A stretch of DNA of 64,000 nucleotides from an uncultured delta proteobacterium (GTDB lineage: Bacteria > Desulfobacterota > Desulfobacteria > Desulfobacterales > SG8-13). The notes under the pieces were generated by a model. That model saw nothing but the letters and a program-made list of their open reading frames with translations. It did no database searches and was not told where the DNA came from. A program made the position numbers and the translations under genes. This document shows positions 29,300 through 37,813 of this stretch, in pieces (position 1 is the stretch's first letter; each line of letters starts with the position of its first letter). Where the stretch lies: contig CAWKCK010000017.1 in the NCBI GenBank assembly GCA_963848135.1, positions 620,001 to 684,000 of the forward strand, read 5' to 3'.

Positions 29300-29755
29300 A
29301 TGGAACTGAAGAGGATTATGTGGCCGACGGATCTGTCCGGACGGGCCGAAAAAGCGCTTCCCTACATCAATTCGTTGATCGAGAAATACAATACGGAGGT
29401 TCACGTTCTCTATGTCATCGAAGATATCGCTAACCATAAGCCCTGGTATGGAGATTTTGAGCAAGATACAATCAAGAAAATCGTCAAATGGGAGGAAAAA
29501 ACCGCCAAGCAGCGGTTAGATAGCCTTTGCTCCAATCATCTCCATGGGTGTCCCCTGTATATCAAACATGTTGCTGTCGGGGATCCCGCCCAGGAAATTC
29601 TTAAACTGGCTGAAAAAGAAAAGGTGGATGCCGTCATTCTAACCACCCGCGGTGCCAAAGGGCACTATCGGCTCGGCAGCACGGCCGATAAAGTGGTACG
29701 GAATGCCCCGGTACCGGTCATCACTATCCCGGTCGACCCTGAGCCGAACGCCTGA
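29300..29755 (+). CDS. Universal stress protein
   Basis: IMWPTDLS, GDPAQEI, LGSTADKVVRNAPVPV. AGGAGG RBS. Confidence 0.92.
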   Translation: MELKRIMWPTDLSGRAEKALPYINSLIEKYNTEVHVLYVIEDIANHKPWYGDFEQDTIKKIVKWEEKTAKQRLDSLCSNHLHGCPLYIKHVAVGDPAQEILKLAEKEKVDAVILTTRGAKGHYRLGSTADKVVRNAPVPVITIPVDPEPNA

Positions 29756-29784
29756 ACTTTCGAAATGATAAAAACCCCTGCAGC

Positions 29785-29887
29785 CGGGGAGTTCTTCTAT
29801 AAAACTCTTAACTGGGGAGGAAGGGATGATCAGCAGCGCAAGTGGGCACAGTTTGAGTGCCTTGGGCAAGGTTGAAAAAGAACAGCG
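29785..29887. repeat. About 103-bp dispersed intergenic repeat, copy 1 (copy 2 at 60837-60939)
   Basis: 75 of 103 nt identical without gaps. Core ATGATCAGCAGCGCAAGYGGGCAC and AAAGAACAGCG. Confidence 0.8.
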
Positions 29888-30159
29888 TTACTGCCAGGGA
29901 TCATGTGACTGGAACAAGCGCTATTGATATCCTAAGATTATATTTTTATTATCAAATCCTGTTCTTTCTTTATGCTGCTTTCTGCGCAAGTTTGCACGCA
30001 GAGGTCGCTGGTCACCACTTCTTTCTCAAGGGCAACGGAAACTCCCCGAATGTTCGCATGCCTGAGGGGTCGAGATGTATCACCTTATGACGCTTTGCCG
30101 AGCGCAGAAAAGTGGCCAGTGGACAAAGGGGGCACCGCCAGAAACCAGCAAAATCTGAA

Positions 30160-31686
30160 TCACAAATCAAAGGTGATGCCTTGCGCCAATGGCAGGTCAT
30201 CAGACCAATTAATGGTGCAAGTTTGCCGCCGCATATATGCCTTCCAGGCATCTGAACCAGCTTCACGGCCGCCGCCGGTTTCCTTTTCGCCACCGAATGC
30301 TCCCCCGATTTCAGCACCAGAGGTGCCGATATTGACGTTGGCTATACCGCAGTCACTGCCGCGATGACTCAAAAAATATTCCGATTCCCTGATATCCCTC
30401 GTAAAAACCGCTGATGACAGGCCCTGGGGAACACTGTTGTGGTAGACCATGGCTTCGGCCATGGTGTTATATTTGATAATGTATAAAAGGGGCGCAAAGG
30501 TTTCTTCCTGCACGACGGGCATATCGGCCCGGACCTCGCAGATGCAGGGACTGACATAGGTTCCAGCCTCGTAAAGACCACCCTTGAGCACCTCACCGCC
30601 ATAGAGTACGCGGCCGCCCTGCTCCCTGACCAGTCCCAGAGCCGCTTGCATGGCTTCAGTTGCCTCTTTGTCGATCAACGGGCCCATGAGGATGCCGTCC
30701 TCCAAGGGATCACCGATGGTGATTTGGCCATAGCTTTTGATCAGAGCGGGTATCATCCGGTCATACACATCCGCATGGACGATCAGGCGTCGGGTCGTCG
30801 TACAGCGCTGACCGGCTGTTCCCACCGCACCGAAAACGATCGCCCTGATGGCAAGATCGAGATCGGCGCTGGGCGTTACGATAATGGCATTGTTGCCCCC
30901 CAGCTCGAGGATGGTTTTTCCCAGCCGGGCTGCCACCGCTTGTGCAATGTGCCGACCCATGCGGACGCTGCCTGTCGCTGAAATCAGCGGCACCCTTCGG
31001 TCATGGATGAGGGCGTCACCGACCTCGTCACGTTTACCGGTAACCAGGTTGAGAATTCCAGCGGGCAAACCGTTTCGCTCCAGCACCGGCCAGATGATTT
31101 TCATGGTCGCAATGGCGGTAAGAATCGCCTTGGAAGAGGGCTTCCATATGACGGTATCACCGGCAGCAAGGGCGATCAGTGCGTTCCAGGACCAGACGGC
31201 CACCGGAAAATTAAATGCGGTAATCACCCCGACCGGTCCAAGCGGATGCCACTGCTCGTACATCCGGTGATCAGGCCGCTCGCTGTGCATGGTGGCGCCA
31301 TACAGAATTCTTGACTGTCCGACGGCAAAATCGGCCATGTCGATCATCTCCTGGACTTCACCTTCACCTTCGGCCTTAATTTTTCCGGTTTCCAGGCTGA
31401 CCAAAGCCCCCAATTCTTCTTTTCTGGCCCGCAGGGTATCTCCAATCTGACGGACGATATCTCCGCGGCGGGGAGCCGGTATTCGGCGCCAGATTTTAAA
31501 AGCGTCTACAGACTGAGAAACGACGGTTTCATAGTCTTTCCGGCTGGCCGAACGAACGCTACCGATCAGCCCACCGTTAATGGGCGATACGACATTAAGA
31601 AGTGGTCCGTTGCAACGCAGCGGTATGCCTGTCCCGGCACCGGACTGTTCATTTTTCAGATCAAAGGACTTCAGGATCGATTCCAT
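30160..31686 (-). CDS. Aldehyde dehydrogenase family 7 (alpha-aminoadipate semialdehyde / piperideine-6-carboxylate dehydrogenase-like)
   Basis: GEVQEMIDMADFAVG, TAFNFPVAVW, LELGGNNA, GTAGQRCT, GAEIGGAFGGEK. GAGGAG upstream of ATG 31686. Confidence 0.93.
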   Translation of the reverse strand: MESILKSFDLKNEQSGAGTGIPLRCNGPLLNVVSPINGGLIGSVRSASRKDYETVVSQSVDAFKIWRRIPAPRRGDIVRQIGDTLRARKEELGALVSLETGKIKAEGEGEVQEMIDMADFAVGQSRILYGATMHSERPDHRMYEQWHPLGPVGVITAFNFPVAVWSWNALIALAAGDTVIWKPSSKAILTAIATMKIIWPVLERNGLPAGILNLVTGKRDEVGDALIHDRRVPLISATGSVRMGRHIAQAVAARLGKTILELGGNNAIIVTPSADLDLAIRAIVFGAVGTAGQRCTTTRRLIVHADVYDRMIPALIKSYGQITIGDPLEDGILMGPLIDKEATEAMQAALGLVREQGGRVLYGGEVLKGGLYEAGTYVSPCICEVRADMPVVQEETFAPLLYIIKYNTMAEAMVYHNSVPQGLSSAVFTRDIRESEYFLSHRGSDCGIANVNIGTSGAEIGGAFGGEKETGGGREAGSDAWKAYMRRQTCTINWSDDLPLAQGITFDL

Positions 31687-31812
31687 TTGGTTGTTCTCCT
31701 CATTTAACCTCGGTTCGTTGACCGTTGCTGGGGCCAATGGCGCATTTGTCTCGGTTGCACGAACGCCCCGGTATTTCCTGTAAAGCGCCTTCTCTTGCGA
31801 TGACCACGGCAA

Positions 31813-32619
31813 TCACGGCTTACCCAGGCAGGTATTCACCACCGATTGCATGGCAGCGGCCCGGTTGGTAAAGATCCAGGTAATGCCGCGATTGAGTTCA
31901 TGGAACAAACATTTTTTCGAGTCAACAAAGCCTGTCCCCGCTGTCTGACCCAATTTCCGATGCTTTTTCACGACGGAATCGGTCATCATCACAAAATGGC
32001 CCAAAATCCCACCAAGCCTCTTTGACACTGCCAGTTTGCTCATAGCGCCGATATTGACCTGCGCTATCGGCAGCAATGCCCGCTCGGGTACAAAGCCGAT
32101 AAAGTCGAACAGTTTTGGGGATAGAGAGATCAAGTGAAAATCACGTTGGGGAATGAGGCTTCTGAAAATTCTCTCCAAACTCCGCCGTTGATTCTCTCGG
32201 TCGGGGTACGGCTCCTCTTTTAATTCGACCATAAGGTGTGCACGCCCGCCGAATTCCCGGACCACTTCTTCAAGGTGCGGAATCATTGGGTGCGTGTTCC
32301 GAAGATCCCGGTAGGTTGAATTCCGAATGCGCAAGTCGGTGCCAAATATCCGCCGGGTGTCGGCATCATGGATCACTACCGGTTGCAGATCGCAAGTCCA
32401 GCGAACATCGAATTCGATTCCCCACACGCCAGCGGCGATGGCCGCCTCGAAGGCGGGAAACGTATTTTCCGACACGCCCGGGGTTTCGTGATCACCACGA
32501 TGGGCGATCAATTTGCAGTGCTTTAGCCGTTTATCATCGGGAACAGGTTGCGGAAAGCGCCGGTACAGCCCATCAGCGGCCCTGAGAAAAGCTTTCTCGA
32601 TCAAGGTATGGAGATGCAT
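31813..32619 (-). CDS. Glycerophosphodiester phosphodiesterase family protein
   Basis: IAHRG, ENT..AF, IEFDV, VIHD, VELK. Confidence 0.88.
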   Translation of the reverse strand: MHLHTLIEKAFLRAADGLYRRFPQPVPDDKRLKHCKLIAHRGDHETPGVSENTFPAFEAAIAAGVWGIEFDVRWTCDLQPVVIHDADTRRIFGTDLRIRNSTYRDLRNTHPMIPHLEEVVREFGGRAHLMVELKEEPYPDRENQRRSLERIFRSLIPQRDFHLISLSPKLFDFIGFVPERALLPIAQVNIGAMSKLAVSKRLGGILGHFVMMTDSVVKKHRKLGQTAGTGFVDSKKCLFHELNRGITWIFTNRAAAMQSVVNTCLGKP

Positions 32620-32694
32620 GCGACAAGAATCTCAGCGTACGGTATCACTCTCGAGCCCCGGGAACGGCGTCAATTTTACAGAATAAATGGTCGT

Positions 32695-33165
32695 CTACCC
32701 AACGACCAGAATAGAAGCTTCCGGCACGAGATGGAGCACTTTCTGAGAAATGCTTCCCAGAAAGTAGTCTTTTATACTTGCCATGCCCCGTCGACCGAGC
32801 ACCACAAGATCATACCCCGTGCCTGCTTCGATGGCAATATCGCGGGCAATGCCCTTGGTTTTCGGCTCTGCCTTTATGGTAATATTATCCGCTTTGAACC
32901 CGGCATCCCGCAATACACCGGCAGCCTTTGCCAATGCCGTCGAAACCAGATCTTTCTTTTTCTCCTCGAGGGCACAGAAGGACTGCTGCTGTGACTTGAA
33001 GTAGGGGATCAACTCCGGGCTCTGCATGTCACAAAGTGCAGCGGTGTCCTGCAGCACGGTAAAAAGGGTCACGCGGTGTTCCGGAGAAAAGGTTCTGGCT
33101 ATGTATTCCACGGCGCGCATTGCGTTTTCAGAATCGTCGAAAGCAATCAAGATTTTCTGTCCCAT
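32695..33165 (-). CDS. Universal stress protein
   Basis: ILIAFDDSENA, VVLGRRG, LGSISQKV. AGGAGG RBS. Confidence 0.92.
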   Translation of the reverse strand: MGQKILIAFDDSENAMRAVEYIARTFSPEHRVTLFTVLQDTAALCDMQSPELIPYFKSQQQSFCALEEKKKDLVSTALAKAAGVLRDAGFKADNITIKAEPKTKGIARDIAIEAGTGYDLVVLGRRGMASIKDYFLGSISQKVLHLVPEASILVVG

Positions 33166-33392
33166 GGCCTAAAACCTCCTTTGATCATCAATTTGGGTTG
33201 ACCCACATCCGCACGCCGTTCCTTTCGAAGTCCCGCCATGCCTTTAATTTCACTCAGATATCAATGACATCGTGTCTCCTGCCCCTTTGTCCTTTTACGT
33301 CAGGGCAGACGCAAAAATCAACCTAAATAATATTGAAATATTTCCGTCTCGAAATTCGGCTCCCCTTCAGCGACCGCTTCAACCTCGCTCTA

Positions 33393-33421
33393 TTGACCTG
33401 TCGGATACATTCTCCTATAAT
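33393..33421 (+). promoter_or_regulatory. Sigma70 promoter
   Basis: TTGACC-17 bp-TATAAT. Supports the start at 33479 rather than 33272. Confidence 0.7.
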
Positions 33422-33478
33422 GGCGGCAAAAGGTCATTCGGCTTGGCCCTAATTGAACTCCTCGGAAGGCGGTACGAC

Positions 33479-34969
33479 ATGCCTGACAAGTTTGACCTCT
33501 GTATCATCGGCAGCGGCCCGGCAGGTTACGCCGGCGCGATGCGGGCACTCGATTTGGGAAAGCACGTCTGTATCGTCGAAGGCGGCGAAATCGGCGGAAC
33601 GGGCGTAATGTGGGGCGCCCTATCGTCAAAAACCATGTGGGAATTGGCCAAAGACTATGACATCGCCGCCAAGGTCGATCGCGGGTTCCGGAGTGCAGGA
33701 TTGAGCGTCGACTACACCGCGGTGCGCAACACCGTCATCCAGGCTGTTAAAGAAAAACAATACCAGATGCTCTCCCAGTTGGAAACATATTCCCCCGAGC
33801 GCTGGAAGGGTCAAGGATCGATCACCTACAAAAGGGGCTGGGGTACTTTCATTTCCCGCCAAGCCCTGGAAGTAAGATTCGAAGACGACAACCGTGAAGA
33901 GATCCGGGCCGATTTCTTCCTGATAGCCACGGGTTCCAAACCGCGGGATTTCCCCCACATCAAAACCGATCAAAAACGGGTCCTGAACTCTGATGGTATT
34001 CTCAATCTGAAAGAATTTCCCAAACGTTTGGTTATCATCGGAGCCGGCATTGTTGGATGCGAGTATGCGACGATTTTCTCCAATTTCGACCAGACAAAAG
34101 TATACCTGGTCGATCATCAGGAACGGATCATCCCTTTCGAAGATGAAGACATCAGCCGCTTTGTCAGCCAGAATCTTCAAAAAAACGGCGTTGACATATA
34201 CCACTCCGGCATTTTGAGGACAATCAACGCAAGACCGAACCACCTTGAAGTCATTCTTGATTTTGCTGATGGTCGTTCGGAAGTGGTTGAGGCCGATGCA
34301 GCCCTCATTTCCATCGGACGTATCCCCAACGTGGAAGGGTTGAATCTCGACCGTCTGGGAATCGCACCGGATGAGACGGGGTACCTCTCCTGCGACAATA
34401 ACTGCCTCGTCAAAGACAACATATACGCCGCCGGCGATGTGACGCGCCACCCGGCCTTGGTGAACATTGCCGAAACCGAAGCCCGATATGCCGTTAAACA
34501 CATGTTTAACGCGACCAAGTGGCCCCTCAAGTACACCAACATGTCGACCGTCATGTTTTTTAAACCGGCGGTTGCCGCCGTGGGGCTCAATGAACAGGCC
34601 TGTCGAAAAAAAGGGCTACCTTACCGGGTAGCGGTTTATTCCAATGCCTTGCTGACCCGCGCGATCGCCATGCGGGCATCCGATGGTTTCGTCAAGATTA
34701 TCGTCAGCGACGACGACCAGGAAATGATTCTGGGAATGCGCGCCGCCGGACCCCAGGCCTCGACGACAATCATGTCCATCGCATTGTTGATGGATCAGGC
34801 CAAAGGCATTCATGATGTTCTCAAGTCGGTGCATCCGCACCCAACGATGTCGGAAAATATACAGGAGTGCTTGCGGGTGCTCCTCGGCAAATCAGTTTAC
34901 AAACCGCATGCTTTCCCCAAGTTCATTCAGATCCGTCGATGGCACCCGGATCAGGGGATGAGCGCGTGA
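33479..34969 (+). CDS. Class I pyridine nucleotide-disulfide oxidoreductase homologue lacking the redox cysteines
   Basis: GSGPAG, IATGS, GAGIVGCEYA, AAGD, HPHPTMSE. The region normally GGTCxxxGCxPSK reads GGTGVMWGALSSK. Confidence 0.9.
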   Translation: MPDKFDLCIIGSGPAGYAGAMRALDLGKHVCIVEGGEIGGTGVMWGALSSKTMWELAKDYDIAAKVDRGFRSAGLSVDYTAVRNTVIQAVKEKQYQMLSQLETYSPERWKGQGSITYKRGWGTFISRQALEVRFEDDNREEIRADFFLIATGSKPRDFPHIKTDQKRVLNSDGILNLKEFPKRLVIIGAGIVGCEYATIFSNFDQTKVYLVDHQERIIPFEDEDISRFVSQNLQKNGVDIYHSGILRTINARPNHLEVILDFADGRSEVVEADAALISIGRIPNVEGLNLDRLGIAPDETGYLSCDNNCLVKDNIYAAGDVTRHPALVNIAETEARYAVKHMFNATKWPLKYTNMSTVMFFKPAVAAVGLNEQACRKKGLPYRVAVYSNALLTRAIAMRASDGFVKIIVSDDDQEMILGMRAAGPQASTTIMSIALLMDQAKGIHDVLKSVHPHPTMSENIQECLRVLLGKSVYKPHAFPKFIQIRRWHPDQGMSA

Positions 34970-35240
34970 GGCCTCATGTAACCGGCCGGAACATCGACCG
35001 TCGTCGAAATTAACACTGACGAAGGAACCGAACGGGCCGAAAGGGCCGGCCAATCGGGTGATCGGAATCGAGCACCCGATGTTCAACCTGTGCGATTATG
35101 CACGATCGTAAACCGATCGATTGATTCTGACAGTTATCGGATTCTCACTCTGCCGACCGACCCAGCGCCCACCCGTCGGACCTGCCGCCGTCGTTTTTAA
35201 CTATCTGTTTCGTTAATAAATAATCTCTGCCGGAAACAAA

Positions 35241-36158
35241 ATGGACTCAAACATAGATAGAATCCTTTGTGCCGTTGATTTTTCGAAATTTTCGAAATCG
35301 ATTATCGACTACGCAACCGGACTGGCCCAGGGATTCACGGCTCATGTCACCGTGTTTCACGCACTGAGTTTCCCACGCACCCCGTTACAGGGGGATTCAG
35401 ATTGCAGACCGGGAACAGTTGCGCCGGAACAGGTCTCAAAAGCCTGCGCCCGGATCGAGGCGCTAATGGTCGATCGGCGCGTTGCCTGGGACACTGTCAT
35501 CCGCTGTGGCAATGCCGTTGATGCCATCGTCGAGTATACCGGGGCAAATGACATTGGGATCGTTCTGGTCGCCAGTTACGGTTTGTCGGGTTGGAAGCGC
35601 CTTCTCCTCGGGACGGTCGTAGAAGCACTGTCACGAACACTGAGCCGGCCGCTTCTGGTGGTTCGGCCCCCTCGAAAAAAAACGCAGGATCCATACCCGA
35701 CACAGCTGCAGTTGAAAAATATCCTCATTTGCTGTGATCTGAGTTCTAGGACCTTATCGCTGTATCCTTACGCAGAAAAATTTGTCAGGCACTTCGATTC
35801 CAGACTGCATATCGTTCATGCAATGGAAACCCCGGTGCAGGAGGATCTTGTCGACCCGACAACCGCACCTTACGCAGAAGTTCAGCAAAGTTTGCAGGCA
35901 CAGCTGCATGAACGTTTACAGCGCCGAATGCCGTCCAATTACCATAAAAGCGACGCTATCACCACGGCGGTTATTCCGGGAAACCCTGCCGACAGCCTGC
36001 GTGACTATGCGACGGCGAACGCCATAGACCTGATAATGGTGGGAGTGCGGCCGCGCGGTTCGTTCCAGAAGATGTTGATCGGTTCAACCACGGAGTCGAT
36101 GGTCAGACATGCGCCTTGTAATGTACTCACGATTCCATGTGGATCGGACGAAAAATGA
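35241..36158 (+). CDS. Tandem universal stress protein
   Basis: Two USP domains: ILCAVDFS...LLGTVVE and ILICCDLS...LIGSTTE..VRHAPC. Confidence 0.92.
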   Translation: MDSNIDRILCAVDFSKFSKSIIDYATGLAQGFTAHVTVFHALSFPRTPLQGDSDCRPGTVAPEQVSKACARIEALMVDRRVAWDTVIRCGNAVDAIVEYTGANDIGIVLVASYGLSGWKRLLLGTVVEALSRTLSRPLLVVRPPRKKTQDPYPTQLQLKNILICCDLSSRTLSLYPYAEKFVRHFDSRLHIVHAMETPVQEDLVDPTTAPYAEVQQSLQAQLHERLQRRMPSNYHKSDAITTAVIPGNPADSLRDYATANAIDLIMVGVRPRGSFQKMLIGSTTESMVRHAPCNVLTIPCGSDEK

Positions 36159-36261
36159 CAAAGCCGCTAAAAGAATGATGACAAACACCGACTGCACACT
36201 CAGACTTCTGAGGCAAGTTGAGATTTTGAAGAAGCCCCATGGATAGAAAAGGCACCCCGCA

Positions 36262-37353
36262 ATGCCCAAAACAGCAATCGTGCGCGACCACAGATTCCTT
36301 GACCACCGGACTGGGAGAGATCATCCGGAGACCCCCCGGCGAATAGAGGCGATTTACAACATGCTGGACCGGCCCGGGATGGCCGGTCGTTTTGCGACAA
36401 TCGAACCCCGTCTGGCCGAGACGGCGGAAATTCTATTGGTCCACTCACTGACATACTTGGAAAAAGTCGCAGCCACGGCCACGCGCGAATGCACCGCACT
36501 GTCCCCTGACACCATCGCCTCCTCCGGCTCTTACGAAACCGCCCGCCTGGCGGTCGGCGGTTTGCTTCAGGCCGCTACCGAAGTGGGCTCCGGTTGTTAC
36601 TCAAATGCTTTCGCTCTGGTTAGACCTCCCGGACATCATGCGGAAGTCAATCGGGCCATGGGCTATTGCCTGTTCAATAACGCGGCTGTGGCAGCGGTTT
36701 ATGCCCGCAAGATCCTCGGCATGGCGCGTGTGCTGATCATCGACTGGGATGTCCACCATGGCAACGGTACCCAACATATTTTCGAGAAGGACAACACCGT
36801 TTTATTCTTCTCCATGCATCAATATCCGCACTATCCCGGCACCGGTAGCTTCACTGAAACCGGTCTCGGCACAGGCGAAGGGTTTACCGTCAACTTACCG
36901 CTGGCAAGAGGTTACGGTGACAGCGAGTATGCCGCTATCCTGCACGCATTACTGCCTCCGCTGGCGGCTGAATTCAAACCGGATTTAATAATTGTATCTG
37001 CCGGCTTCGATCCCCATGAAACGGACCCCCTCGGTAACATGCGTCTCTCATCGGTCGGGTTTGCTGCATTGACCCGCTGCCTGATGGAAATTGCCGAGGC
37101 CTGCTGCAACGGTCGTATCGTAATGGTTTTGGAAGGCGGTTATGATATCCGGACCATCGGCGACAATGTCAAGGCGGTTCTGGATGAACTTTCCGGTAAA
37201 ACCAAATGTCGAATTTCCGAATTGGCGGCTAACGCCAACATCAGAAAGGTTCAATATACCCTTAAGCGCAGTGTAAACGTTCACCGCAGATATTGGAAAT
37301 GCCTGTCCCACCCGTTGGAAATCTGCTGCGCCAATAAACGTTCCCATATATAA
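36262..37353 (+). CDS. Zn-dependent histone deacetylase family protein
   Basis: HPETPRR, RPPGHHA, DWDVHHGNGTQ, SAGFD, LEGGY. Confidence 0.95.
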   Translation: MPKTAIVRDHRFLDHRTGRDHPETPRRIEAIYNMLDRPGMAGRFATIEPRLAETAEILLVHSLTYLEKVAATATRECTALSPDTIASSGSYETARLAVGGLLQAATEVGSGCYSNAFALVRPPGHHAEVNRAMGYCLFNNAAVAAVYARKILGMARVLIIDWDVHHGNGTQHIFEKDNTVLFFSMHQYPHYPGTGSFTETGLGTGEGFTVNLPLARGYGDSEYAAILHALLPPLAAEFKPDLIIVSAGFDPHETDPLGNMRLSSVGFAALTRCLMEIAEACCNGRIVMVLEGGYDIRTIGDNVKAVLDELSGKTKCRISELAANANIRKVQYTLKRSVNVHRRYWKCLSHPLEICCANKRSHI

Positions 37354-37377
37354 GCGTATGACGAATGAGGGGGGACT

Positions 37378-37695
37378 ATGAACAAAATAAAAATCATGCA
37401 GGCATCGGTCCGAAAATGGAACCGGATAATTGCCGGGGAGGGATCTGACGGTGGTATCCTGGATTGCCCGCCGTGTAGAATATACTACATGCTGGTCTGT
37501 AGCGGTTGCCCCATCTCTCAGTATACCGGCAAAAAATTCTGCAAAGGGAGCCCGTACGGCCGCTGGTACTGGCATCAGAACAATGCGCATGGTCACATCC
37601 GCAAAAAGGTTTATTGCCCGGAATGCCTCAAACTGGCCACTGACATGCGCAATTTTATGATCGAGATTGTTGACGATTTGAAAGCCAAGAGATAA
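37378..37695 (+). CDS. Cys-rich hypothetical protein
   Basis: GAGGGGG RBS. CPPC-x7-CSGC...C...CPEC. Starts 24 bp after the deacetylase gene. Confidence 0.75.
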   Translation: MNKIKIMQASVRKWNRIIAGEGSDGGILDCPPCRIYYMLVCSGCPISQYTGKKFCKGSPYGRWYWHQNNAHGHIRKKVYCPECLKLATDMRNFMIEIVDDLKAKR

Positions 37696-37813
37696 CGATT
37701 CTGAAGGCAAGCAAACATCGGCGCCCGGGCCATTACCATCTCCAGTGCTCTCTGACTGTTAAAACCATATCGCCGATTGAGCGGCTGGCTGACGCCGATG
37801 ACAGAGGAAGATA

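Noticed and set aside
33626..34501. Long antisense ORFs (also 305-775, 1397-1945, 7498-8121, 17020-17595, 40914-41588, 52691-53353)
   Set aside because: Shadows of well-supported genes on the opposite strand, with no motifs of their own.
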